NCBI GenBank assembly: GCA_951406725.2
Contig: OX597824.1
Span: forward strand, 30,008,001-30,072,000
Length of the DNA stretch: 64,000 nucleotides
Direction of reading: 5' to 3'
Origin: Octopus vulgaris
Lineage: Eukaryota
Within the stretch, counting starts at the first letter, position 1. Each line of letters opens with the position of its first letter. Below are positions 12,400-25,220 of this stretch, piece after piece. A program made the position numbers and the translations under genes. The notes beneath the pieces were generated by a model. It was given only the letters and a program-made list of their open reading frames with translations, was not told the DNA's origin and did no database searches.

Positions 12400-13877
12400 C
12401 TCTAAATTGATGCAATAATGGTAAAGTGTGACTTTCTTCTCTACAAACTAATCCGAATGAATCAAAACAATTCTTTCACAGGAATATTGAGGATGCTAAT
12501 GATTTCAAGAAAAACACCCGAAATTATAACTATTCAGTTTTCTTTGCTTTATTTGGTCAAAAGAATGAATAGAAATGGACCTTTTGGTTCAAAATTTAAA
12601 GACAAATATCCGGTTTTATTTCATATCTGTGCATGAAAAATGATCGTCCAAGATATTGGCTGGCTTTATATTATTACTGGAAATGGAACTTTACAGCACA
12701 TCAAAACTCGTTTATCACTGATTCATTCATCAATGCTCTGTGATAACACGGTACGCTCTGTTGTTACATGTTACACTTATCCCGAATTGATCTGCGATAA
12801 CACGGGTTGACGATCAGTCAAAACTTGCTTGGATCGCAGAAGCGCATCCCAGCGGTGACTATCCCGACTCGGGGTCACAGAACGAAATCTGTGTTCCCAT
12901 ATGTTCTATTATTCATATATCACTGATTCATTTAACACGGAGTTTTTGTTTGTTTTGTTTTGTTTTTTGTTTTGTTTTGGTCGTTTTTCTTCCTTTTTTG
13001 CTTTTGGAACAAAACACCCGTAATAAACGAAGATAGATGTACCATATTGAAGCAATCAATATTCAAAATACTTACCTAATGTGATGAATATAAAACAAGA
13101 AATCACTATTCTTCACAATCTGCATACTGAGCTACATTTAAAAATGTGTTTCATAGGGCTACAAGAACAGGCAAGTATTCTCACAGAAATACAGTGCTCT
13201 GTAAACATAAAACTGCACTTCAGATGATGTCCAAAACATCAGATGGTAGTTTCCCTATAATCAATGAAAACGCGGCTGATTATTGGTGAAAATGTAACCC
13301 TTCTAGGAAAAAAAACATCGTAATTCCTCCAAGAAATGCACTGCCGACAAGCATATGATATTTATCTTGCCATCTCCATCCAATAAGCTACCTTCTTTTA
13401 TTTCACAATGGTGAGCTTAAATGACAAAGTATATACTACGCATCGAAGTTAATGATGTATCAGGAGTAAATCATGAAACAGCTGTAACCATGCCGAAATA
13501 CTAAATCTTCTTTTACCTTTTACATCTGTTGGCTCTTTAATTACACACACATACACATACACGCACAAACACACACATATGGTCCATCATTCTCACTGTT
13601 CCAATTCCATTGGTTCAAAATTTACAATGAATCTTAGACAAAAATTACTTCAAAAGTATTAATATATTTTTTAGGGGTTCATTAGAGGAAGGGGTGCATC
13701 GCCCTGGTTATCTGATTTCCATCACATATGCATGACTGAGATCACGACATCCTCCTTGGACGGGACGTCAGTCCATAGCAAAGTTATTCATTTACAGCTG
13801 AATGGACCGTAGCTATATGAAAGGAAATGCTTCGGACATATTAGACGCACTTCAACGTTAACAATTTATATATATGC

Positions 13878-13913
<36 letters not shown>

Positions 13914-13948
13914 ATATATATATATGTATAGATATATGTATATATATG

Positions 13949-14007
<59 letters not shown>

Positions 14008-14024
14008 GTATATATATATGTATA

Positions 14025-14072
<48 letters not shown>

Positions 14073-14115
14073 GTGAAGGAAAGAAATGGAGCTGAACGAA
14101 GATTCTACAGAATTC

Positions 14116-14153
<38 letters not shown>

Positions 14154-14216
14154 GGTGCCCCAGCATGGCCACAGCTCGTGAGCTGAAACTTGATAAAATA
14201 AAAAATATATATATCA

Positions 14217-14274
<58 letters not shown>

Positions 14275-14713
14275 ATATATTCAGCGAAAAAACAACATTT
14301 ATAGTACATTATTATTGTTGCTGTTGTTGTTGTTGTTGTTGTTGTTAATTGCAGTCAGTCGTCGCGACTATAACTGTTCATAGCTTTGGCATGACTTGAT
14401 AAGCTTTCTCCATATTGGTCAATGTTTCTCTTGAGTTTGCCATTTATTATGGTCAATTCTTTTCCACTTCATATTCCTTTGTTTTTTGTTTTTTGTTTTT
14501 TTTTTGCAGTAGCTTTCAATCTCAATTTCCTCTTACATACTTGAGAGTAAAGGAGTTGTCTGGTGAGTCTGCTGTTGTTCATCCTCTGTACATATCCAAA
14601 CAAATGTAAATTTGTATCAACGAAGGATATCCCTCATAGGAGTACATTAAAGCATGCAATAAAGCCCCAAATTTGCATATAGGATACGGAACGAATTTTT
14701 GAGACACGTCATA

Positions 14714-15107
14714 TCTTTATATATAAAAGTAAGGTTGTGTGTCTGTCTCCTACGATTTAGATTCCTAACTACTCCCACATTTTGCGGTGCAGTTTAACCA
14801 AAACCGGGTATCTTATAGTCGTGATTCATATCGAGCCCTTCTGGGTATTAGCGCGCGTCTACGATGAGTCTACGATTTAAAAAAAAATTTACCATCATTT
14901 TTTTCCATTTTAATGCATTTTTCGCTATTATATAAGGGAAGTAACTCTCTAAAAATGTCTACGATGAGTCAACGATTTAAAAAAAATTTACCATCATTTT
15001 TTTTCCATTTTTAATGCAATTTTTTCTATTTTTTGGCTATAACTCTCTAAAAATGCTTTATAGTTATTTCCCTTACAAACCCGAGCAATGCCGGGCGATA
15101 CTGCTAG
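14714..15107 (+). mobile_element. Non-autonomous Helitron
   Basis: TC start, CCCGAGCAATGCCGGG hairpin, CTAG end at an A|T site; internal tandem duplication; homologous to 24708-25220. Confidence 0.88.
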
Positions 15108-15645
15108 TACGCCATAAAAGATGGTGCTACATCATTGTATCGAACCCGAAGCCACAAACTTCCGAAGAAAACTGGTAACCACATATTTTTACCAAATAAT
15201 GTATGGAAACCACTGGTGGCTGCTGAAAATTCCACATTCCACCGACATAATAAACTATGTTTAACTGTTATTGTGTATAATAGCGAGGCATATTTGTCCA
15301 TGTATTGTTTTAATAAATACTTTTATTTCAAATTTTCAAATAAAACAATGCGAAATAAAATTTAAAACAATGAACAATATCCATTTCTTAATTTCTTTAT
15401 CGTTTTTTTTTTAATGTTTTGAAATAATTTTTGTTTAGTTTTTATTTACATATTTATTTATATATTTATATCATTTTTGTAAAGAATGAAGAAAACAATA
15501 AATATTTTATTTAAAAACCATTTAATTTCACGCAGTCTCAAAAACAGTAATATACATTTATAACTGCTTATTAATGTTATAATATCTGGAAGGAAATATA
15601 TATGCTGAACCAGAAACAAGTGGAAACAAAAGCAAGGATAATGAA

Positions 15646-15676
<31 letters not shown>

Positions 15677-16085
15677 ACCTATTGGAATCAGAATCTGAAG
15701 AAAATCTTTATATCTAAAAAAAAAAAAAAAAAGGTTGGGGAAGATAATTTTGAAGAGAAAAGAAAATACTTGCCCAAAAATGATAGTCTAATTTTGCTGA
15801 AGAATGTACAGAGGCGAAACTGTGTTTTATTAATGTGACAAATAACATGTAGAAGCGTCTCCTTTGTCTGGAGAAATTTGAGAGACAAATCACTAAATAG
15901 ATTACACACTTAAACACACACGGATGCACACACAATCACACACACACACACACACAATTACACACAGACGCACACACAATTACACACACACGTACACGCA
16001 CATACATATATACATACAAACAACACAAGATTATAATCATCCAGTTTTTCTTATTAGCCTATCCGAAATAATCATATATTTACAC

Positions 16086-16146
<61 letters not shown>

Positions 16147-16899
16147 CATATGTATGTGTATATACATATGTATGTTTACAAATATATGTATATATATATA
16201 TATCTATATACATTTACATATAAATATATATATGCCTATATTTATATTTATATATATACATATATATATGTGTGTGTGTATGTATATATATATATATGAA
16301 TGCATATATGCATGTATGTTTGTGTGTATATATGTATGCATACACGTATACACATACGCACTTATGTAAACTCACTCACAACCTAACACACACACTTACA
16401 AACATACGTATATACATACACACATATATATGCATGGTTGATAGTATATGTATAAATATATATATATTTATTTATTTATTTATTTATACAGAAACCCTTT
16501 GTGTGTGAGTGTGTGTGCTGTGTGCCTCTGTGTGTGTGTGTGTGAGAGAGTGTGTGTGTTGTGTGCCTCTGTGTGTGTGTGTGTGTGTGTGTTGTGTGCC
16601 TCTGTGTGTGTGTATGTGTGCCTCTGTGTGTGTGTGTGTGTGTGCGTGTGCGTGTGTATTTGAATCTGCGTTTGTCCCTTACCACTGCTTGGCAGTTGGT
16701 GTTGGTGTGTTTACGTCCCCTGTAATCTAATGTTTCGGCAAATGAAACCGATGTAATAAGTAGTAGGCTTTTAAAAAATAAGCACTGGGGTCGTATCATT
16801 GATCTAAAATTCTTCAAGGCGGTGCCCCAGCATGGCCGCAGTCTAGTGACTGAAACAAGTAAAAGATTTCATATAAATATATATATATATTCTTTTATT

Positions 16900-17128
16900 A
16901 TTTTACTTGTTTCAGTCATTTGACTGCGGCCATGCTGGAGCACCGTCTTGAAGGGCTTTAGTCGAAGAAATCGACCCTAGGACTTAATCTTTGTAAGCCT
17001 AATACTTATTCTATCAGATCCTTTGGCCGAACCGCTAAGTTATGGGGACGCAAACACAGCAACATCGGATGTCACGCAATAGTGGGGCGTCAATCACAGA
17101 CACAAAGACATAATCGCGCATAAACTCT

Positions 17129-17193
<65 letters not shown>

Positions 17194-17325
17194 GACGGGC
17201 TTCTTTCAGTTTCCGTCTACCAAATCCACTCACAAGGCTTATTGTAGAAGACACTTGCCCAACGGTACCAAGCAGCGGGACTGAACCCGGAACCATGTGG
17301 TTGGGAAGCAAGCTTCTTACTACAC
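16900..17325 (-). mobile_element. SINE family A
   Basis: Colinear with family A; tail-to-tail with a plus-strand A fragment at about 16650-16870. Confidence 0.9.
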
Positions 17326-17590
17326 ATATATTGTGCAGCTATATGCATACATCCATGTACACAACTATATAAATACAAAGCGAGCTTCGCCCCCTGGTGT
17401 CGAAAGACGCCGAGATTACATTGTAGTGAAATCGAACATGAAACATAGAGATAGTTGGAGTGTTCTTAGTCATCTGATACGATTTACGCACAAACACACA
17501 GACATAAAACAGCTTTTAGCTCCATCTCTCTCAACAGACAGTACAACCTAAACGGTGATTGTCGTACACACTTACACAGTGATGATACGT

Positions 17591-17646
<56 letters not shown>

Positions 17647-17924
17647 ACACACATACACACATACACGCACACACAGACACGTACACAGATGCCGTAAAGT
17701 GCAGGCTGATACGTATACGCGGAAAAAGTGGAGTTACTATGCGTTCGCGTATTACAGAGGCAGACAGGATAAGACTCCATGCAGCTGTATGTATATGAGA
17801 GTAGTGGAAAGAGTAGGAAGTGTAATGTATAAAGAAGGGATTGTGTGCGTGTGGGTCTGTGTATGACGGAGGATGTACGACTGTACGAATGGGGCTTCTT
17901 GAGAGTGGGGACAGTATAACCCTT

Positions 17925-18306
17925 TTTACTCTTTTACTCGTTTCAGTCATTTGACTGCGGCCATGCTGGAGCACCGCCTTTAGTCGAGCAAATCGACCCC
18001 CAGCACTTATTCGTTGTAAGCCTAGTACTTATCCTATCGGTTTCTTTTGCCGAACCGCTAAGTTTCAGACATGAACACACCAGCATCGGTTGTCGAGCGA
18101 TGTGGGGGGGGGGGACAAACACAGACACACAAACACACACACATATATATATATATATATACATATACAAGACAGGCTTCTTTCAGTTTCCGTCTACCAA
18201 ATCCACTCACAAGGCTTTGGTCGGCCCGAGGCTATAGTAGAAGACACTGAACCCAGAACCATGTGGTTGGTAAGCAAGCTACTTACCACACAGCCACTCC
18301 TGCGCC
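17925..18306 (-). mobile_element. SINE family A
   Basis: Near-consensus copy with a small internal deletion. Confidence 0.92.
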
Positions 18307-18337
18307 CTATGTATGACAGTAGTGAAGTAGTATATGT

Positions 18338-18617
18338 GGAAGCACTCCGTCGGTTACGACGACGAGGGTTCCGGTTGATCCGAATCAACGGAACAGCCTG
18401 CTCGTGAAATTAACGTGTAAGTGGCTGAGCACTCCACAAACACGTGTACCCTTAACGTAGTTCTCGAGGATATTCAACCACCATCCCCTGCCGGAGCCGC
18501 GTGGAGCTTTAGGTGCTTTCGCTCAATAAACACTCACAACGCCCGGTCTGGGAATCGAAACCGCGATCCTATGATCGCGAGTCCGCTGCCCTAACCACTG
18601 GGCCATTGCGCCTCCAC
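18338..18617 (-). mobile_element. tRNA-derived SINE family C
   Basis: Minus strand GTGGAGGCGCAATGGCCCAGTGGTTAGGGCAGCGGACTCGCG..GGTTTCGATTCCC tRNA-like head; 13-bp TSD AAGTAGTATATGT; same head at 35530-35656. Confidence 0.85.
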
Positions 18618-18958
18618 AAGTAGTATATGTATGACAGTAGTGAAGTGAGGATGAACTGTAGTGACTACAGAGGGAGCTGTGTCCGTTTGCGTCTGTATGG
18701 CGGAGATGAAGGGACTGAAACTATATAATTATATATATCTTTATCATTATTTTGTTTCAGGCATTACACAGCGACCATGCTGGGGTACCGCCTTGAAGAC
18801 TTTTTAGTCGAATGAAACGACCCCAGTATTTATTTTGTTTCTTAGCGTGGTACTTACTCTATCGACCGTTTTGCCGAACCGCAAAGTTACAGGTGCGTAA
18901 ACGCATCAACACTAGTTGTGAAGCGGAGGTGAGGGACAAACACACAAACACACAAACA

Positions 18959-19041
<83 letters not shown>

Positions 19042-19773
19042 ATATATACGTTGGGCTTCTTTCAGTTTCCGTCTACCAAATCCACTCACGAGACTATAGC
19101 AGAAGACACTTGTCCAAGGTTCTATGCTGTGGAACTGAACCCGGAATCCTGTGGTTGGGGAGCAAACTTCTTATCACACAGCCTCATAAATTCTTCATAA
19201 ATTATCAACGGAGCTAATGTCTATATCAAAGTTATTTTTACCCTTCTCACCTCCTTCTAGCATTATCCTTTCGTTCTCTTATAAATATTTTAGAAGAGAA
19301 CGAAAAAAATCTAGTTAAATATTTTATTCACCCTCCCTATCATCTTTGAAGCTTTGGATGTCACCGTTGTAGCTGTCTTGAAATTCTTTTTCACTGCTGC
19401 CATATTTCAGACTTTCAAATTCTTCACTGCTGTTCTCACCTTCTTCGTAAATCTATCCATCTTCCATGTCATCTGAAGTATTTCTAATATCCATTTCTTG
19501 AAATTTTTGACAATATCTTCATTCATGACAGCCAGTTTGCGACGTCTTCAACCCACTGAAAATTCTTTCGCAATACCGAGTCTCTTTATACGTCAACTAA
19601 ATGGCTGAGTTTAAGGATTAAGAGTAAAGTTTGGAGAAGTTAAAACAAAGTTGATCTCAAAGGGATTTGAACCCAGAACACAAAGGTACATAACAAAATA
19701 CCGCCAGACATTTAAATTTAAACCTGTCGTTTCACTGTTTCTACCGCGAGTTCTTTCAAAATTGACAAATAAC

Positions 19774-20558
19774 TATTTCTTTACTACCCACAAGGGGCTA
19801 AACACAGAGAGGACAAACAAGGACAGCCAAACGGATTAAGTCGATTATATCGACCCCAGTGCGTAACTGGTACTTATTTAATCGACTCCGAAAGGATGAA
19901 AGGCAAAGTCGACCTCGGCGGAATTTGAAATCAGAACGTAACGGCAGACGAAATACCTATTTCTTTACTACCCAGAAGGGGCTAAACACAGAGAGGACAA
20001 ACAAGGACAGACAAACGGATCAAGTCGATTACATCGACCCCAGTGCGTAACTGGTACTTAATTTATCGACCCCGAAAGGATGAAAGGTAAAGTCGACCTC
20101 GGCGGAATTTGAACTCAGAACATGACGGCAGGCTAAATACCTATTTCTTTACTAACCACAAGGGGCTAAACACAGAGAGGACAAACAATGACAGACAAAC
20201 GGATTAAGTCGATTATATCGACCCCAGTGCGTAACTGGTACTTATTTAATCGACTCCGAAAGGATGAAAAGCAAAGTCGACCTTGGCGGAATTTGAAATC
20301 AGAACGTAACGGCAGACGAAATACCTATTTCTTTACTACCTACAAGGGACTAAACACAGAGAGAACAAACAAGAACAGACAAACGGATTAAGTCGATTAC
20401 ATCGACCCCAGTGCGTAACTGGTACTTAATTTATCGACCCCGAAAGGATGAAAGGCAAAGTCGACCTCGGCGGAATTTGAACTCAGAACGTAGCGGCAGA
20501 CGAAATACTGCTAAGCATTTCGTCCGGCGTGCTAACGTTTCTGCCAGCCCGCCGCCTT
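19774..20558 (-). mobile_element. SINE family B tandem tetramer with long target-site duplication
   Basis: One head plus four units of about 183 bp; 58-bp identical direct repeats at 19716-19773 and 20565-20622. Confidence 0.92.
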
Positions 20559-20774
20559 CCGGACATTTAAACCTGTCGTTTCACTGTTTCTACCGCGAGT
20601 TCTTTCAAAATTGACAAATAACATGAAGTAAGAAGTGGGCCACTAACGAGTCAGATAATCGACATATTTTTTATATAATGGCCCGAAGAAAGTAACTGAA
20701 TACGATTGCAACATTTTGTATAATTATCTTCCAAAAATTGTTTTCCTAAAACAAAAAAAGAAATAAACTGTTTT

Positions 20775-21010
20775 CTTACTCTTTTACTATTTTACTTGTT
20801 CCAGTCATTTCACCGTGGCCATGCTGGAGCATCGCCTTTAGTCGAGCAAATCGACCCCAGGACATATTCTTTGTAAGCCTAGTACTTATTTTATCGGTCT
20901 CTCTTGCCGAACCGCTAAGTGACGAGGGCGTAAATACACCAGAATCGGTTGTCAAGCGATGCTGAGGGGAGGGGGGACAAACACAGACACACAAACATAT
21001 ACATACATAC

Positions 21011-21078
<68 letters not shown>

Positions 21079-21195
21079 TAGATAAGATAGATAGATAGAT
21101 AGCAATATAGATAGATAGTTTCCGTCTACCAAATCCACTCACAAGGCTTTGGTCGGCCCGAGGCTATAGTAGAAGACACCTGCCCAAGGTGCCAT
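20775..21195 (-). mobile_element. SINE family A, 5'-truncated
   Basis: Family A tail and body with an expanded internal TA/GA/GATA microsatellite. Confidence 0.88.
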
Positions 21196-21522
21196 TACTT
21201 GTAATTATGATGTACCCATAAAGAAAATATAAAACGTTATACGTATCTTTGATCGTTAGATTAATATATTCTAGCAGAGTCCAATAATTTTCATTTATTT
21301 TGTCCGTAATAAATGGAACACAGCGCTCGTTTCGCTCTTGAATGAGAACTGCTCTTAGCAAGACCTCACAGAAAACTAAGTATCCGATGAGATTTGATTT
21401 TGATGTACCTTTTTCTTTTGTCGAATGGGAAATACTTGTCAATCCAATATTTGAGTACCTTCTTCATCATTTTCAAACACGAGCATTCATCTACACACAC
21501 ACGCACGCACGCACATCATATA

Positions 21523-21619
<97 letters not shown>

Positions 21620-21772
21620 TAGTAGAATGAATTATCTTGTTCTGGATAATTCGGTTAACCGATACCTGGGTAGCAAATTCACATCAGAGAAGACACGTTT
21701 GAAGTTACATGCTTTCGTGTGGAAATTTGTATGTTTTTTTTTAAATATAAATATATGAAAGAACTTTTAGAT

Positions 21773-21818
21773 AACTGCTCACACGGAGCCCATCGCTATG
21801 GGCTCCGTGTGAGCAGTT
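21773..21818. repeat. Perfect 21-bp hairpin with 4-nt loop
   Basis: AACTGCTCACACGGAGCCCAT-CGCT-ATGGGCTCCGTGTGAGCAGTT. Confidence 0.97.
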
Positions 21819-21843
21819 TTTGTGCATCTTGATGTTGACATAA

Positions 21844-21944
21844 GTTCCTTGCTTTTCCTGATGAGAAAGCGGCATAATATACTCCTTATTCCTTCGCAAT
21901 TAGGAATATGCAGCCTTCGAAACATATGTCGAAAATAAAGGAAT
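21844..21944 (+). ncRNA. Type I hammerhead ribozyme, canonical core
   Basis: Stem I TTTTC/GAAAA extended by GTTCCTT/AAGGAAT across a 2x2 loop; CTGATGA 21858-21864; stem II GAAAGCGGCATA/TATGCAGCCTTC; GAAA 21919-21922; palindromic CATATG; GUC cleavage triplet ending at 21930. Confidence 0.85.
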
Positions 21945-21979
21945 TTTGTTAATTCGTAGTTCAACTCCAGTCTTTCATA

Positions 21980-22011
<32 letters not shown>

Positions 22012-22710
22012 ATGATATGTAGAAAAATACAAACTGAGACAAGAACGCATAAAAACTTAGAAGACGATACAACAAACACAGACAGGACATTCGAAGCCCT
22101 CAGTCTTCAGTCAAGAACCGGATCATCGTAGTAATTTCGGCTGATTAATCTTGAGATTACTAGAACCGGCCAGCCCTCCAGAAAAAACTAAGCAACGAGC
22201 ATTAGAAAAACTAAGCTAGGAGCGTAGATTTCCTGGAAGAAGGATCGAATGCATACGAACACAAAGACAGCAAAACGGACGGTGCCACACGAATATAAAA
22301 AACAAAAAACAATAATGAAATACAAAAACGTGGAATACAAAAGCAATAATGGTAAATAACAGTGCAAACAGGTCTGGCTGGCGTATTTTGGAAAAATTGC
22401 CTTAGCGGCGAACGAGGACAACGATGTTATATATATATATGATAAAATAATATATAAAACATATGCATACATACATACATATATGTGCATACCTACATCT
22501 ATATGTATATATACATGCATATATGGGTACAGGACACAAAAAAAACGTTGAACACAATGAGAAACGAAAACATAAAAACAAAAACATGGAAACAGACATT
22601 TTTTTTCGAACAACGAAAAAACAGAGTTCAAGACATACAACACAAGGAATATTCCCCTTCATCAGTTGCCCCTGTTTCGGCTACTCCACGTTTCAAATGT
22701 AGGGGCATAT
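22012..22710 (-). mobile_element. Composite Penelope-like remnants
   Basis: Minus-strand GCCGAAA...GACTGAAGA...CTTCGAATG motif shared with 6208-7114 and about 42800; GAAA...CTGATGAAGGGGAATATTCC motif shared with about 47490; TA flanks. Confidence 0.55.
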
Positions 22711-23275
22711 ATGTATATATACCCACACACACACACATATCATGGTATCACGATATCGACCATACTATCGGATGTTGTTAAACATCACTGGTCACAATGT
22801 GCTTCGCATTGTTTACCAATACCACTGGCTAGGTGAGTAAGCCAACATTCCACTTGATCGGAAATCTGGTCTGCTTCGAGGTTTCTCATTTACAGCTGAG
22901 TGGACTGGAGCGACGTGAAATTAAGTCATGCGCACACAATGCGCTGCCCGTTCCGGAAATCGAACTCACGATTTGGCAGTTATGAGTGCAATACACTAAC
23001 CACTAGTCACACCCCTTCATATGTATATAAATATATTATTGATTTAAAATTTGTTGGCATAAGGCCAGCAACTTCGGGGACGAGGATAAGTCGTTTACAT
23101 CGACCCAGTGCTCAACTGGTACTTATTTTAACGACCCCCACCGAAAGGATCAAAGGCAAAGTCGACCTCGGCGGGTGTGAGCTCAGAACACAAAGACGGA
23201 TAAAATGCCACTTAATATTTTTGCCCGGTGTGCTAACGATTCTGCCAGCTCGCCACCTTTATTTATTTATTTATT

Positions 23276-23361
<86 letters not shown>

Positions 23362-23645
23362 AAACAGTTTGATTCGACTCCATGTTGCATAAAGTTAAAG
23401 TTTCGTAGGCTTCTTACAAAAACATAACACGTCGGGCTCATTAAACCGAATAGAACGAAGAGATGCCGGAAGTCCAATATGGCTACCGGAAATTGCGGTG
23501 CTGTTGGTCAAGGTGAGTCACATGGTGTTTATTCAGAAGTGAGGTCGATATTCCAGCAACATCAAATGCATCAAATAGGAGAAATCCTTGGAACGCGTGG
23601 CTGGACAGGAAGCTAGAGAAAGAGGGAGATGGAAAGAAGAAGAAT

Positions 23646-23691
<46 letters not shown>

Positions 23692-23879
23692 GGGTAGCCA
23701 TTACTCGCATGCAATTATGGCCATTAGCTGGTACCGCACTTTCATTCTTTTACGTTAGGTGCCTGTGTAGTCATCAACAGACATAACCCTCCCAGTTTTG
23801 GTCTAGTAGTGGAACATCGAGAATATAACAGGTGGAAGGAAGATGGCTGTGCCAGTTTTAAAGAAATTCATCTTCAGTA

Positions 23880-24490
23880 AGGCGGGCGAGCTGGCAGAAT
23901 CGTTAGCACGTTGGACGAAATGCTTAGCGGTGTTCCTGAGTTCAAATTCCGCCGAGGTCGACTTTGCCCTTCATCATTTCAAGGTCGATGAAATAAGTAC
24001 CAGTTACGCACTGGGGTCCATAAAATCGACTACCCTCCCCCTGCCCAAAATTTCAGGCCTTGTGCCTATAGTGGAAAAGAATATTCATCTTCAGCAAGGC
24101 GGCGAGCTGGCAGAATCGTTAGCACGCCGGGCGAAATGCTTAGCGGTATTTCGTCTGCCGTTATGTTCTGAGTTCAAATTCCGCTGAGATCGACTTTGCC
24201 TTTCATCCTTTCGGAGTCGATTAAATAAGTACCAGTTACGCACTGGGGTCGATATAATCGACTTAATCCGTTTGTCTGTCCTTGTTTGTCCACTCTGTGT
24301 TTAGCCCCTTGTGGGTAGTAAAGAAATAGGTATTTCGTCTGCCGCTACGTTCTGAGTTCAAATTCCGCCGTTCAAATTTCGGGTTCAATAAATTAAATAC
24401 CAGTTGTGTACTGGAGTCGATCTAATCGACTGTGCCCCCTCACCAAAAAAATTCGGGTCTTGTGCCTAGAGTAGAAAAGAATATTCATCT
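23880..24490 (+). mobile_element. SINE family B cluster and tandem
   Basis: Two heads plus a tail-to-body junction AAAGAAATAGGTATTTCGTCTGCC; ATTCATCTTCA recurs at the boundaries. Confidence 0.88.
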
Positions 24491-24707
24491 TCAACTGAAT
24501 AGACAGAAACAACGCGAATAAAATGCACTGCCCAGTCCGGGAATCGAACCTCCGAACTTACGATCATAAACCAAACACACTACCAACTAGATCACGCACC
24601 TTACGCTTTTTGAAAGAGAGACAACCTGAAATCGTGCTTTAAAACCGTTTCAATCGTGATAAAGTCATGATACCTGTTTAAAACAGACATACAGTTTATA
24701 TATACTA

Positions 24708-25220
24708 CTAGCAGTATCGCCCGGCGTTGCTCGGGTTTGTAAGGGAAATAACTATATAAGCATTTTTAGAGAGTTACTTCCTTTATAGATGCCAATTTGG
24801 GCTTTCTTAGCCATTTCTGTTTTGGTGTCTTCAAGCCATGAAGTCGTTGTTCTAAAAGAACGCTGGTCTCCTTGACAACGCTTTACGACGTTGATTTCCT
24901 TACACTCCCTTCCCCACAGCTTCACGAGGGAGGGAAGAAGGGGGAGAAGCAAACAGGTGCAGGTGTGACCATGGACGCCAACTCCGCCGCCATCGACACA
25001 CGAAAAATTATGCATTAAAATGGAATAAAAAATGATGTTAAATTATTTTTAAAATCGTAGACTCATCGTAGACGCGCGCTAATACTCAGACGGGCTCGAT
25101 ATGAATCACGACTATAAGATACCCGAATTTGGTTAAACTGCACCGCAAAATGTGGGAGTAGTTAGGAATCTAAATCGAAGGGGACAGACACTCACACAAC
25201 TACAGTTTTATATATATAGA
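24708..25220 (-). mobile_element. Non-autonomous Helitron
   Basis: Reverse-complement copy of the 14714-15107 family with CTAG end, hairpin and TC start; A|T insertion site. Confidence 0.88.

Noticed and set aside
15158-15225. CCGAAGA...GAAACCACTGGT possible hammerhead
   Set aside because: Stems I and II cannot be paired
18545-18617. tRNA-like sequence (also 35585-35656 and the heads of families A and B)
   Set aside because: Continues into a SINE body with a TSD and lacks a complete acceptor stem, so a SINE head rather than a tRNA gene
19200-19622. Acidic minus-strand frame near a TTAA, possible piggyBac 5' remnant
   Set aside because: No catalytic motifs or second TIR visible; too weak to annotate
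19774-20558. Regular repeats superficially like a CRISPR array
   Set aside because: Units are about 183-bp SINE copies without unique spacers; eukaryotic context and no cas genes
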